NCBI GenBank assembly: GCA_051878715.1
Contig: JBJEKQ010000070.1
Coordinates: 2,420-66,419 of the forward strand
Source: Prevotella sp.
GTDB lineage: Bacteria; Bacteroidota; Bacteroidia; Bacteroidales; Bacteroidaceae
DNA length: 64,000 bases
Direction: 5' to 3'
Shown: positions 19,449 to 28,604 of the stretch, in pieces
Position numbering within the stretch: the first letter of the stretch is position 1
How the letters are laid out: the number at the start of each line of letters is the position of its first letter
The notes under the pieces: model-generated
The model's input: the letters and a program-made list of their open reading frames with translations, nothing else
Databases searched by the model: none
Told to the model about the DNA's origin: nothing
Made by a program: the position numbers and the translations under genes

Positions 19449-22400
19449 TCACTGCTTGTCATTCCAGGTGTCACCGCCAGCCACATTCAGCGTGAGTATG
19501 CCGTCTGTACCTCGGTATGCCGGGGCATAGGTACAGGTAGCTGTACAGGTACCCGTGTCATACTTGCCGCCGCGTTCAACATAATATTCCGTTTCTATCA
19601 CACGAGTACCCTTGCGCAGATGGTCTATGCGGTAGGTTGTCACGCGGTCGTTCACTGATACGTAGCAGCCTGCACGATACCCACTCAATTGGATAACGGG
19701 TTCCAGACAGGCGGCACGATGGTCTTCAATGCTTACAAAGTCAAGGTCACGATTGCTCTGCACGGTGATGCGCACTACCACCCTGTCACCAGCCTTAAGG
19801 TTGCTGCCTGCCACCACCTCGCGCTTCACGGTGACCTCTCCCTGTGTTCTCTCTATCTGTGCTGCAGGCAGGGTATAGGAAGCATATACCGCTCCCCACG
19901 ATACGCCTTGAGAAGATTTCTTTACTTGCAGTTGCTTCCCAGAGGGAGCCGCCATTTCGGTCTTCACATACCCCAGGAAGGCGATAGGAGCCGACAGTTC
20001 CAACGGTTTCCCGTCAATCTTCAATTCTGCCGGTTTGCCTGTCTGCAATGCCTTGGCATTACCCTGCAGAAAAGCATGGATGGCATTCACCGTGTTCACC
20101 GGTGTGCTCCACTGCTGGGTACGTTTCTCTTGCAGCAGCCAGCGCTGCATCTCCCGCAAAGTGAGGGTATCGCCTGGGGTCAGGGTAGCGATTGCCTCTA
20201 TGGCTGCCGTTTGGGTGGGTATGCGGTAGTCGCACCAACTATAGGGTGCTCTCGGGGTGTCGTAGTAGCGCCCCATTCCCTCTTGATACACGGTGTATTC
20301 CTTAAGACTCTTCACATACTCCCCTGCCCTTTCCGTCTCACCCGCGGCATGGAGTATCAAGGCACTCATTGCCTTATCGTAGAGAGTCTGTGACTTGATT
20401 TCCTTCTTCAGCAAGGGCAGCAGATATCGTATGTCCTCCCGAGCCGATGCGGTGACAAGTCCGGGGGCAATGGAATGAATATACATCCACTTCAATGCGG
20501 TAGTGGGCAACTGCACCGCTCTTTCATGTTTCTCATCAGCCTTCATACTGAGCACCATGCGATGCATCTCTGCATCAAGATATGCCATACATTTTTTCCA
20601 TAGTTGGCTCAGTGAGTTGTCCATGGAACCTTTGCCTGCCATGTACTGCAACCTGCCCAACAGCAGTGCCACCTCGACTGTAACATACTCATTCCCGTTC
20701 ATGCCCTTGCACCAAGCGATGGAACCATTGCCCTGCTGTAAGGAACGAAGGTGACCAGTCAGAGTTTCCTGTGCCTGTCTCACCCTATTGGTATCCATCA
20801 GCCACGCCAACCGTCGCATCTGCTCGTCCTGTTGCGGTTCCTGCTGCCACTGCACGATGGCTTTCCTCACCTGTTCACTGCCGTTGGCTATATGGCATGC
20901 CATAGCAAGCGAATACAGGGTTGCTGCCGTCTCAATGGCATCCTCATAGGCTGCTATCTCCTTGGTGGGCAATGCCTGTATCACCATCCATGCCGGATGA
21001 TGGGTGTATTCCACCATAAGACTGCGGTGGGTGGCGTTGGCAGGGAACATCTTCTGGATGTCGATGGTGTGAGTGGAGGGACCGTTCTGACTAAAAGGAC
21101 AGGTCACTACTACAGGGTCCGTACAGGGGAGCACAGGCAGATAATGCTGTTCACCGTCACTGTAGCCCTTTCCGCTCACGCTGACACGACATATATACAC
21201 GGCGGCATCCATCCGTATGGGTTGCACAAAGGTGACTGCACGGGTACTTCCGCCGGGAACAGTATAGGCGATACGTTGCTTCAATAGCACCTTGTCAGTC
21301 TCGGGATGTATCAGCTCCATGACGGCATGACCGCTCACCTCATGCTCGCTAAAGTTAGATACACGTGCAGACAATGCCAGTTGGTCGCCCTCCCTGACAA
21401 AGCGCGGCATCTGCGGCTGTACCATCACAGGCTTAGTGGCTTCCACTTCTGCTGCAATCTGTCCACAACAGCCATCCCGTGTGTGTGCCAGTCCCATGAA
21501 CTTCCACGTGGTCACGCTCTCAGGCAGGGAAAACTGCAAGGTCACATGACCTGTCTCATCAGTATGCAGAGAGGGATAGAAGAATGCTGTTTCCTGAAGA
21601 TTCTTACGTATCGGGGATTCGAGAGAAGCTGATTCGGCAATGTTATCTTTGTCTTTCTCTGATACGTAAGAGTCTGTTTCCTCTGATGAGTTCTCCTCCC
21701 GCACCACATTCCCAAGTGCGGCTGTTGACATCTGTGCCATGGACTTCATCATAGGTATCGACGTCTTGCCCATGGTCTGGAATGCCAAGTCATGGAATCT
21801 CGGAAAACCGCCATCACCCTGCAGGCACCACAGCAGTTCATATACAGACGGACTGATGCGGCTCAAATCCATATTGTGGTATTTCATGGGTTTCCACGAC
21901 TGTGTGCCAGTGCCCCATACGCTGTGGGTTGACACGCCATTAAGTACAAGATAAGGCAGAGACAGGGAGGAAGGTGTGATACGGGTATTCCAGCGATGTT
22001 TGCGGAACATGTCCAGCGACCGGTCATAGAGAGTTGCTATCAGCTGTGCTTCTGCCGGACTGCCATCGGGCATGAGCACCTGCAGCTTCCATGTTTCTTT
22101 CTGTCCGGGCTTCAGTTTGTCCCTGAAGGTAATCCATCTCATCTGCAACCCGTTGTCGGTCTCAGGACGTTTGATATAGAATTTATGTGTGTGTGCCTTA
22201 CCTTCCTTCACCCAAGAAAAGGTGACGAGCAGTGCATCACCGTAGGATTCCTTATAAATAAACTTTCGGTTTATCAGTGCATTGGATTTCTTCACCATGC
22301 CCTTCTCCAATACCGTGTCACGCGCTATCACGGTGTAGTGGATATACATATTGGCTTCGCTGCCTCCCGCCTGGATAGTTACGCTATCCTTATCCAGACT

Positions 22401-24920
22401 GAAAGCCTCTGCTGACTGGTAGAACCACTCATCACAATCAACGGGGGGCACTTCATCATCAGTGGAGAACACCACAAACTCATGGCGCAAGGTATCACCC
22501 TCTGCCATTGCCACCAAGGTGTGCCTGCCAGAAGCAAGAGGTTTGTCCCACCTGTACCACTGCATACTGCGTATGGTTTTCACTGCCGTGGAATCATCCA
22601 TATAAAAACGTACCGGTACCTCTATGTTTCTACCTGATGCATTCTTTACGTAAAACCTAAGGCTATCCGTCTTTTCTGCCAGCATCTTCACAGACAGGTT
22701 GCAGGTCAACTGCACCGGTTTTCTGTTCAGCATCACGCTGAGTTCGCCCTCATGGGTCTCACCTGCAAGGTCGGTCACTGACGCTCTTGCCACAAAGCGA
22801 TAGTTCTGCCTGCGCGGTTCCACACCCTGCTCCTCCTCGGGCACCACAAGGGGGACTATCGCCTCAAAACTGCCGTCGTTTCCCGTTGCCACCGTGTCCA
22901 GTCTGAGCAAGGCTCCGTTACCGACATATCCACTGGACAAATAATCTGCGGAGTAACGGTATAGGAAAGCGTGCTCACGTCTCACCCCGATGCACACCTT
23001 GGCACCCTGTACAGGCATCCCCGTATAAGTGGTGGCTCTGCCTCGTACCACCAAGGTGTCACCCTCATGATAAGCAGTATTGACGTCTGGGAAGGTCACC
23101 TGAAAGGTAGGTCGCTTGTATGCTGCCACCTCTATGGTCTGCGAGGCATTGTCCGTCATCAGCCTATAAGTGCCTGTAGCGGCATCATCCGCCAGCACAA
23201 AATCGGCAGAAGCCTTGCCAAACTCATCGGTGATAACGGTGCAAGAACTAACATGCTTCCCGTGGGCATCACGAAGCCGGATGGTCACGGTCTCGCCTGC
23301 TGCCGTTTTATGCTGCCTGCCTTTCGCATCTACCACCATCATGGCAACCCTTACCGTCTGTCCTGGGCGATATACAGCCCTGTCGGTATAGAGGTAAGTA
23401 CGCCTGCCCGTTTCGTTGCTCCTGTCGTTGTACTGGAAGCGACTTGCATGGAGCGCAGACTTGGGCATGGCTTTGTCTTCTGCAGTACAGGCATAGACAG
23501 AATCAGGGGTGGCTATACCCATGATATAGTGAGCCTCTCCCTGTGCGTCGCAGACCAGTTGCACCATAGCAGCTTTGTTGCCACGGAAATAAAGGTTCAG
23601 CCGGGCATGTGCCAAAGGTTCACCCGTAGTGGCGTTCATCACATAGTAGTTCATGAGGTTATGGGGCAACGACTGCTGCAACACATACACGTTGGATACA
23701 TACAGCAGGGTACGCCATACCTCAGTCTGCGGTACGGAAGACACTTCCATCATATACACGCCCACGGGCAGGTCGGGCAACAGGATACTGTCCTTAGCTA
23801 TCTTCCAAGGGGCACCTGGTACGAATGATTTATGGAGAGTATGCTGCGGTAACGGAGTGAGTAGCGGCTTGATATGTTCCATATCCTTGGCTGTTTCCAC
23901 GGCAAGAGGGGTGGTGCCGTCAGCCTCTACCTGATAGAAACGGAAAGACAACTGTGACAAGTTGCGCAGGCATTCCAAAACAACCTTTTGCTGTATATGA
24001 GGACGGAGCACGTCGGCAGGCAGGCACAGACTGAACAGGGGAGCAGTAAGGGCTTTTTCCGCATTGCGCAGTTCCCCCATCCGTTGCCATCCACCCCAAC
24101 GGTCCAGGGCATAATGGATGTAGTTTATCTTGTCTTCCAAGGTTACATCGGTACACTGCTCCATATAGCGATAGCGCTCCACTGCCACCTCTCCTGCTAC
24201 ATCCAGATGACCGCACACGGCAATGAGCGAGTCGAGCATCACGCGGTAATACGATTTCTTCAGCACCCGCCCAGCCTTGGCTGCCCCCTTTTGCTTCACA
24301 TAGTCCAAGGCAGCGAGACAAGCAGCACGGTCGTTTCCCACATGATTGTAGTAGTACATCAGCGTTTCGTAGTCCTCCACACTGCGCCCCACTACCGAGA
24401 GCATGTCATTATTGAAAATGTAGGCATGTTCACCACTCTCCACCAACGGCGCATAGTCTTTGTCCTTGGCTGCAGCCAGCAGACGAAGGGGATTCATGGC
24501 GCACTTCTTATAATAGGCAGACTTGGTCCGGGCATTCACAATCTTGCAGCTGTCAGCATTCAGAAAGAGTCTGTATAGGGTGGCTGCATAAAGACTTTGG
24601 CTCACGCTGTCTGCTATCATCGGATACTCCTTCTCCAACCTGTCCACCACCGGGACAAGCGAATCGGACGAAAGGCTTACCTCTATATTGGCACTCATCA
24701 GCCGAGCCTTGACAAAATGGTTATAGCATTTCTCACGGACAGCCTTCTTGGTTATTCTATCAAGCCACTGAAGTTGCGTGCGGGGCTGGTCTTTCTCGCC
24801 TGCCGTCTGCACCCGTTTCCATAATGCAGCATAGTTTTGCGCTGTCATCGTCAGTGACAGACACCACATCACAGCAGTCAATATCCACGCCTTATTCCTC
24901 ATGATAAAACACCTTTTCAT
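19449..24920 (-). CDS. Bacterial alpha-2-macroglobulin family protein
   Basis: YLYTDRAVYRPGQTV (MG2), IRKNLQETAFFYP, LPESVTTW, PQMPRFVREGD, IEDHRAACLEP motifs. Start may be 24902. Confidence 0.93.
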   Translation of the reverse strand: MKRCFIMRNKAWILTAVMWCLSLTMTAQNYAALWKRVQTAGEKDQPRTQLQWLDRITKKAVREKCYNHFVKARLMSANIEVSLSSDSLVPVVDRLEKEYPMIADSVSQSLYAATLYRLFLNADSCKIVNARTKSAYYKKCAMNPLRLLAAAKDKDYAPLVESGEHAYIFNNDMLSVVGRSVEDYETLMYYYNHVGNDRAACLAALDYVKQKGAAKAGRVLKKSYYRVMLDSLIAVCGHLDVAGEVAVERYRYMEQCTDVTLEDKINYIHYALDRWGGWQRMGELRNAEKALTAPLFSLCLPADVLRPHIQQKVVLECLRNLSQLSFRFYQVEADGTTPLAVETAKDMEHIKPLLTPLPQHTLHKSFVPGAPWKIAKDSILLPDLPVGVYMMEVSSVPQTEVWRTLLYVSNVYVLQQSLPHNLMNYYVMNATTGEPLAHARLNLYFRGNKAAMVQLVCDAQGEAHYIMGIATPDSVYACTAEDKAMPKSALHASRFQYNDRSNETGRRTYLYTDRAVYRPGQTVRVAMMVVDAKGRQHKTAAGETVTIRLRDAHGKHVSSCTVITDEFGKASADFVLADDAATGTYRLMTDNASQTIEVAAYKRPTFQVTFPDVNTAYHEGDTLVVRGRATTYTGMPVQGAKVCIGVRREHAFLYRYSADYLSSGYVGNGALLRLDTVATGNDGSFEAIVPLVVPEEEQGVEPRRQNYRFVARASVTDLAGETHEGELSVMLNRKPVQLTCNLSVKMLAEKTDSLRFYVKNASGRNIEVPVRFYMDDSTAVKTIRSMQWYRWDKPLASGRHTLVAMAEGDTLRHEFVVFSTDDEVPPVDCDEWFYQSAEAFSLDKDSVTIQAGGSEANMYIHYTVIARDTVLEKGMVKKSNALINRKFIYKESYGDALLVTFSWVKEGKAHTHKFYIKRPETDNGLQMRWITFRDKLKPGQKETWKLQVLMPDGSPAEAQLIATLYDRSLDMFRKHRWNTRITPSSLSLPYLVLNGVSTHSVWGTGTQSWKPMKYHNMDLSRISPSVYELLWCLQGDGGFPRFHDLAFQTMGKTSIPMMKSMAQMSTAALGNVVREENSSEETDSYVSEKDKDNIAESASLESPIRKNLQETAFFYPSLHTDETGHVTLQFSLPESVTTWKFMGLAHTRDGCCGQIAAEVEATKPVMVQPQMPRFVREGDQLALSARVSNFSEHEVSGHAVMELIHPETDKVLLKQRIAYTVPGGSTRAVTFVQPIRMDAAVYICRVSVSGKGYSDGEQHYLPVLPCTDPVVVTCPFSQNGPSTHTIDIQKMFPANATHRSLMVEYTHHPAWMVIQALPTKEIAAYEDAIETAATLYSLAMACHIANGSEQVRKAIVQWQQEPQQDEQMRRLAWLMDTNRVRQAQETLTGHLRSLQQGNGSIAWCKGMNGNEYVTVEVALLLGRLQYMAGKGSMDNSLSQLWKKCMAYLDAEMHRMVLSMKADEKHERAVQLPTTALKWMYIHSIAPGLVTASAREDIRYLLPLLKKEIKSQTLYDKAMSALILHAAGETERAGEYVKSLKEYTVYQEGMGRYYDTPRAPYSWCDYRIPTQTAAIEAIATLTPGDTLTLREMQRWLLQEKRTQQWSTPVNTVNAIHAFLQGNAKALQTGKPAELKIDGKPLELSAPIAFLGYVKTEMAAPSGKQLQVKKSSQGVSWGAVYASYTLPAAQIERTQGEVTVKREVVAGSNLKAGDRVVVRITVQSNRDLDFVSIEDHRAACLEPVIQLSGYRAGCYVSVNDRVTTYRIDHLRKGTRVIETEYYVERGGKYDTGTCTATCTYAPAYRGTDGILTLNVAGGDTWNDKQ

Positions 24921-25030
24921 TGGGCGAGCGAACCCCGTTACTGCAAAGATACTACTTTTTCATGTATCCATAGCACAATGGAACATCTTTTAAGACATTA
25001 TCATTTTCCACAGCATACAACCAGTACAAC

Positions 25031-25065
25031 AAAAAAAGCAAACGATTCTCACGAATGGTTTGCTT
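25031..25065 (-). terminator. Intrinsic terminator
   Basis: AAGCAAAC...GTTTGCTT stem followed by a U-tract on the minus strand (A7 at 25031-25037). Confidence 0.75.
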
Positions 25066-25106
25066 CCTTAGGAAAATGATAAATATAGATTAAAATTACT
25101 AGTTGT
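25031..25106 (-). ncRNA. Candidate small RNA (~75 nt)
   Basis: Minus-strand TTTG(25140-43)-N20-TATCTTTG(25112-19) promoter, followed ~75 nt later by hairpin AAGCAAACCATTCGTGAGAATCGTTTGCTT + U-tract. No ORF in between. Confidence 0.55.
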
Positions 25107-25225
25107 CAATGCAAAGATAACATACTTGCCAATACTGTCCAAATATTTTGGACAATAATCTTAAAAGATGCTCATTATTTAACATTTTATACCATTTTAG
25201 CAGCTTTTGAGCATGGCCTTATACT

Positions 25226-26656
25226 TCATTGCTTCCAGGAAGTGATACTCTCAGCCACTGTCTTCGCCATCTTGGCGGCACCTTTGGGAGTGGGGTGTAC
25301 ACCGTCTGCCATCATCTCCTCTTTGTTCATCTGCACCACGGGATTCAGGTCAATGAGCTGAAGCTTGTTCTTCTTCGCCAGTTTTCTGATAATGGGAATG
25401 ATTTCGTTGGTCATCACAGAGTCGCGTATCTGCCAGTTCTTAGACACCTCGGTCTTATACGACCTGATGGGGGTGCAGAGCATCACCGTAGGATTGGAGG
25501 GCAGTGTTTTCAACTCGTCTATCATCTGCTGCATGTCAGCGGAAAATTCGCTTCCATAGTTGTCCCAGTTGATATTTTTGGTGTCGTTGGTACCCAGCAT
25601 GATGACGGCAATATCGGGATTGTATTCCTTGGCTTCTGTCCATGCCCGTTCCTTCATGTAGGGCTGATTTCCCTTGTTGAGCATCGTTCTCCCACTGCGT
25701 CCGAAGTTACGTACTTTATAGCCGCTCCCCAACATCCGCTGCAGTTGTGCCGGATAGGCATTCACGTCTGCCATGTCCATGCCATAGCCATCGGTGATAC
25801 TGTTGCCGATACATGCCACCTTCACAGCCTCCTTTTGAGGCATCTGCAGATTCTTCAGCCACGCCTTGAGCTCGTCAAGCATCTGCTCATGCCACACAAA
25901 AGTGGTGCGGTAGCCAAAGCCATGACCACCCGAGGGGTAGATGTGCATTGCCACGGGCACCCCTGCCTTGCACATGGCAGTGTAGTAAGGGATGGCATTG
26001 GTCAGGGGTGGCACGGCCTTGTCATCGGCAGCCAGCAGCAACAGGGCAGGCGGTGTCTGGTGTGTGCGCACCTGCTTGTCACTGCTGAACTCCTTCACCA
26101 GTCGGGCGTCTCCCCTGCCCTCACCGAGGAAGTTGACCACCGACCCCTTGTGGGTGAGTTTCTCTTCCATGGAGATGACAGGATAGAAAAGTATCTGAAA
26201 GTCGGGTCTTGCAGGATAGGGGGCATGAGTGGCGGTGGTAGAGGCAAGATGCCCTCCTGCCGAGAAGCCCATGATGCCCACATCGTTGGGATTGACATTC
26301 CACACCTTGGCAGAGTCGCGCATCATTCTGATAGCATTCTGCGCGTCGGTCATGGGCAGGGTACGGTCGCCCTTAGGCATCCTGTAGGTCAGCACTCCAT
26401 AGGTTATCCCCAGTTCATTGAAAAAAGGTGCCCAATAGGTTCCCTCATTCTGCATGGACAGGTGCGAGTAGCCTCCACCAGGACAACCCACAATGGCTCT
26501 TCCCGTTGCATTTTCAGGGATAAACACCTGCATGGTCGCCTTTCCGTCGGCCGACACATTCACCGTCATCACTTTTTTTGTCTGGGCACATACATCTGCT
26601 GCAAAAGCAAACAACAGGCCCATCAGCAGACACCCCTTCATCCTTTTATAACTCAT
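25226..26656 (-). CDS. Two-domain carbohydrate esterase: alpha/beta-hydrolase (BD-FAE-like) plus SGNH/GDSL domain
   Basis: PGGGY, GFSAGGH, DDKAV, GHGFG in domain 1; GNSIT, GRSG, GTND, DGVHP in domain 2. Signal peptide present. Start uncertain (26641-26677). Confidence 0.88.
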   Translation of the reverse strand: MSYKRMKGCLLMGLLFAFAADVCAQTKKVMTVNVSADGKATMQVFIPENATGRAIVGCPGGGYSHLSMQNEGTYWAPFFNELGITYGVLTYRMPKGDRTLPMTDAQNAIRMMRDSAKVWNVNPNDVGIMGFSAGGHLASTTATHAPYPARPDFQILFYPVISMEEKLTHKGSVVNFLGEGRGDARLVKEFSSDKQVRTHQTPPALLLLAADDKAVPPLTNAIPYYTAMCKAGVPVAMHIYPSGGHGFGYRTTFVWHEQMLDELKAWLKNLQMPQKEAVKVACIGNSITDGYGMDMADVNAYPAQLQRMLGSGYKVRNFGRSGRTMLNKGNQPYMKERAWTEAKEYNPDIAVIMLGTNDTKNINWDNYGSEFSADMQQMIDELKTLPSNPTVMLCTPIRSYKTEVSKNWQIRDSVMTNEIIPIIRKLAKKNKLQLIDLNPVVQMNKEEMMADGVHPTPKGAAKMAKTVAESITSWKQ

Positions 26657-26699
26657 CATTCGTAACTCGTAATTCATAATTCATGACTCATAACTCAAA
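26651..26699. repeat. 7-bp tandem repeat, 7 degenerate copies of A(C/T)TC(A/G)TA
   Basis: ACTCATC ATTCGTA ACTCGTA ATTCATA ATTCATG ACTCATA ACTCAAA. Confidence 0.8.
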
Positions 26700-26739
26700 A
26701 TCCCCCTTCCTCTATCATGTCAGAGAGGAAGGGGGATTT
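26697..26739 (-). terminator. Intrinsic terminator after distal SusD
   Basis: AAATCCCCCTTCCTCT-10 nt-AGAGGAAGGGGGATTT, a 16-bp stem. Confidence 0.8.
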
Positions 26740-26761
26740 GTTCCATTGTCTCTTCCCCTTT

Positions 26762-28585
26762 TTACTTGAAGGGCAAGAACCAGTTTTCCTTCACTGAAAG
26801 ATCCACCACAGGATTTTTGTAAGCCAGTTTCTTCTTCAGCCAGAGGCTACCGAAGTTGGCACCATAGGGATTGTCCGCATTCTTGTGGTTTGCCACACGC
26901 ATCAGGTCATAGTAGCGTGTACCCTCAAAGGCAGCCTCCAAAGCCATCTCATCCACAATGAGATCCTCAATGGCATTGATAATATCCCGTTTTGTAGGAG
27001 CATTTCTGTCAATGTTCAACTGATGCTCTCTCACCAGATAGTCCAGCTTCATAGCCACCACAGTATCCATCTGATACCAGGTAGTGGAACTGTCTCTCAC
27101 AAAATTCTTTTGCGAATCGATGTTTTTGGTATAGCTGCCTCCACGGGCATGTACGCCACAGGCATTCTGCTTTGTGAAGCGATCCAGGTTCTTGCCGTTC
27201 AATATGCCATACACATTCTCTAAGGCGTTGGCTCCTTCGGGTGTCATATACGAGGAGGTGAGCATATCTTCAAACAGACCGTCCTTCAGGATGGCAAACG
27301 CCACATCCGGATAACCCTGACGATTGAATGCCTCTGCCAACCTCAGCCACACCATGGGAGAACGGTAGAGATAGAGCATGGGAGTCTGCAGCTTGCTTAT
27401 CCATATCTGCTCCCTGCCAGTGTCCTCGTCCTTCTCCCTGCTGCAGAGTGAGCGTGTGCGTGCGTCACCTACATTGCGCATCTGAGGTTCATACTTGCTG
27501 CCATTCATCACCCGGAAATAGAGGCAGGTGGTATCTGTCAGTTCCTTGTACGACGTTGACATCACAATCTGTACATCGTCCAACCTGCTGTTCTGTCCGT
27601 AATAGTCGTAGCCATAGAACCTGGGCAACTGCGAGGTGCTGCCCGACTCGCTGTTGTTAGGGAATTTCACTGCCGTAATACCGCCTTCATTCTGAACGTT
27701 GACGAACAAAAAACTGTAATTACCCACACTCTGTTCGATGCCATTATCCAATCTGTAATTATTAGGCAACTGTGTAACATCAAAATCAAGCACGCTATAG
27801 CTCATATTGGCTGCATAGGCATATACCGGCCACTCGGTGTCGGATGCCACTTCCGTGAGGTAAGTCACATAGTGCCGGATGGCTTTGTCGTACTGGTTGG
27901 TTTCCAGATAGAGGTCAGCCATCACCAGATCCACAGGCATGAAGAGCTTGGTAGGGGTCATTCCGGAAATAGGATTGTCGGAAGTTCCCCAGATGGGCAC
28001 ATGGTAACCCGTATATTGCTCCAGGTCGGGCAGCAGCACGGCTGCTATCTGTTCCATGTTCTTGTAATCAAACTGCCCTTCTTCTATCTGGCTTATCTTG
28101 GTCAGCGGTTCCAGCACGAAGGGCACACTTCCGTAGTTGCGCGCCAGCTGCATGTAGGTCCATGCACGGATGGCCTTGATGGCAACATACTCTGGCATCA
28201 CCACCTTCTCGGCACCCGTGAACAGGGTGGTATCCCGGTGGGCAATGTAGTAGTTGCAGTTGTTGATGATACGGTAATACAGGTAAGCACTGTCGTACTT
28301 GCAGTCTGTCGAAGCAGAGAAGTTGGCAAGTGCCTGCAGGTTCTTGTCGGTGATTCCGGGCACCACATCCACCAGGTCGCCCCTCATCTCACCTTGCAGA
28401 TAATACTGGTCGGTAACATCCTGCAAAGCCTTGAGAATACCCATGGCATAATACATGGAGTCGGTCTTCTCGTCCATGCCGGGATCAATGACCAGACGGT
28501 CACTGTCGGTATCGAGCATATCAGAGCAACTGAATAGTGTGCCCATCCCGAAAACGGCTGCTATTGCTATGATTATTTTTTTCAT
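26762..28585 (-). CDS. RagB/SusD-family nutrient uptake lipoprotein
   Basis: Lipobox LFSC-SDMLD, YRIINNCNYYI, AIRAWTYMQLARNYGSVP, ALEAAFEGTRYYDLMR. Confidence 0.92.
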   Translation of the reverse strand: MKKIIIAIAAVFGMGTLFSCSDMLDTDSDRLVIDPGMDEKTDSMYYAMGILKALQDVTDQYYLQGEMRGDLVDVVPGITDKNLQALANFSASTDCKYDSAYLYYRIINNCNYYIAHRDTTLFTGAEKVVMPEYVAIKAIRAWTYMQLARNYGSVPFVLEPLTKISQIEEGQFDYKNMEQIAAVLLPDLEQYTGYHVPIWGTSDNPISGMTPTKLFMPVDLVMADLYLETNQYDKAIRHYVTYLTEVASDTEWPVYAYAANMSYSVLDFDVTQLPNNYRLDNGIEQSVGNYSFLFVNVQNEGGITAVKFPNNSESGSTSQLPRFYGYDYYGQNSRLDDVQIVMSTSYKELTDTTCLYFRVMNGSKYEPQMRNVGDARTRSLCSREKDEDTGREQIWISKLQTPMLYLYRSPMVWLRLAEAFNRQGYPDVAFAILKDGLFEDMLTSSYMTPEGANALENVYGILNGKNLDRFTKQNACGVHARGGSYTKNIDSQKNFVRDSSTTWYQMDTVVAMKLDYLVREHQLNIDRNAPTKRDIINAIEDLIVDEMALEAAFEGTRYYDLMRVANHKNADNPYGANFGSLWLKKKLAYKNPVVDLSVKENWFLPFK

Positions 28586-28604
28586 ATCCTTTGGAATTTT
28601 CAGA

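Noticed and set aside
25229-26665. 478-aa plus-strand ORF spanning the esterase gene
   Set aside because: Codon-aligned antisense frame with the His/Gly/Val-rich composition typical of shadow ORFs. The same applies to 17282-18355, 35958-37118, 61307-62443 and 62768-63679.
26660-26677. MNYELR N-terminal extension of the esterase ORF
   Set aside because: It is the translation of the heptamer repeat. A downstream ATG gives a normal signal peptide.
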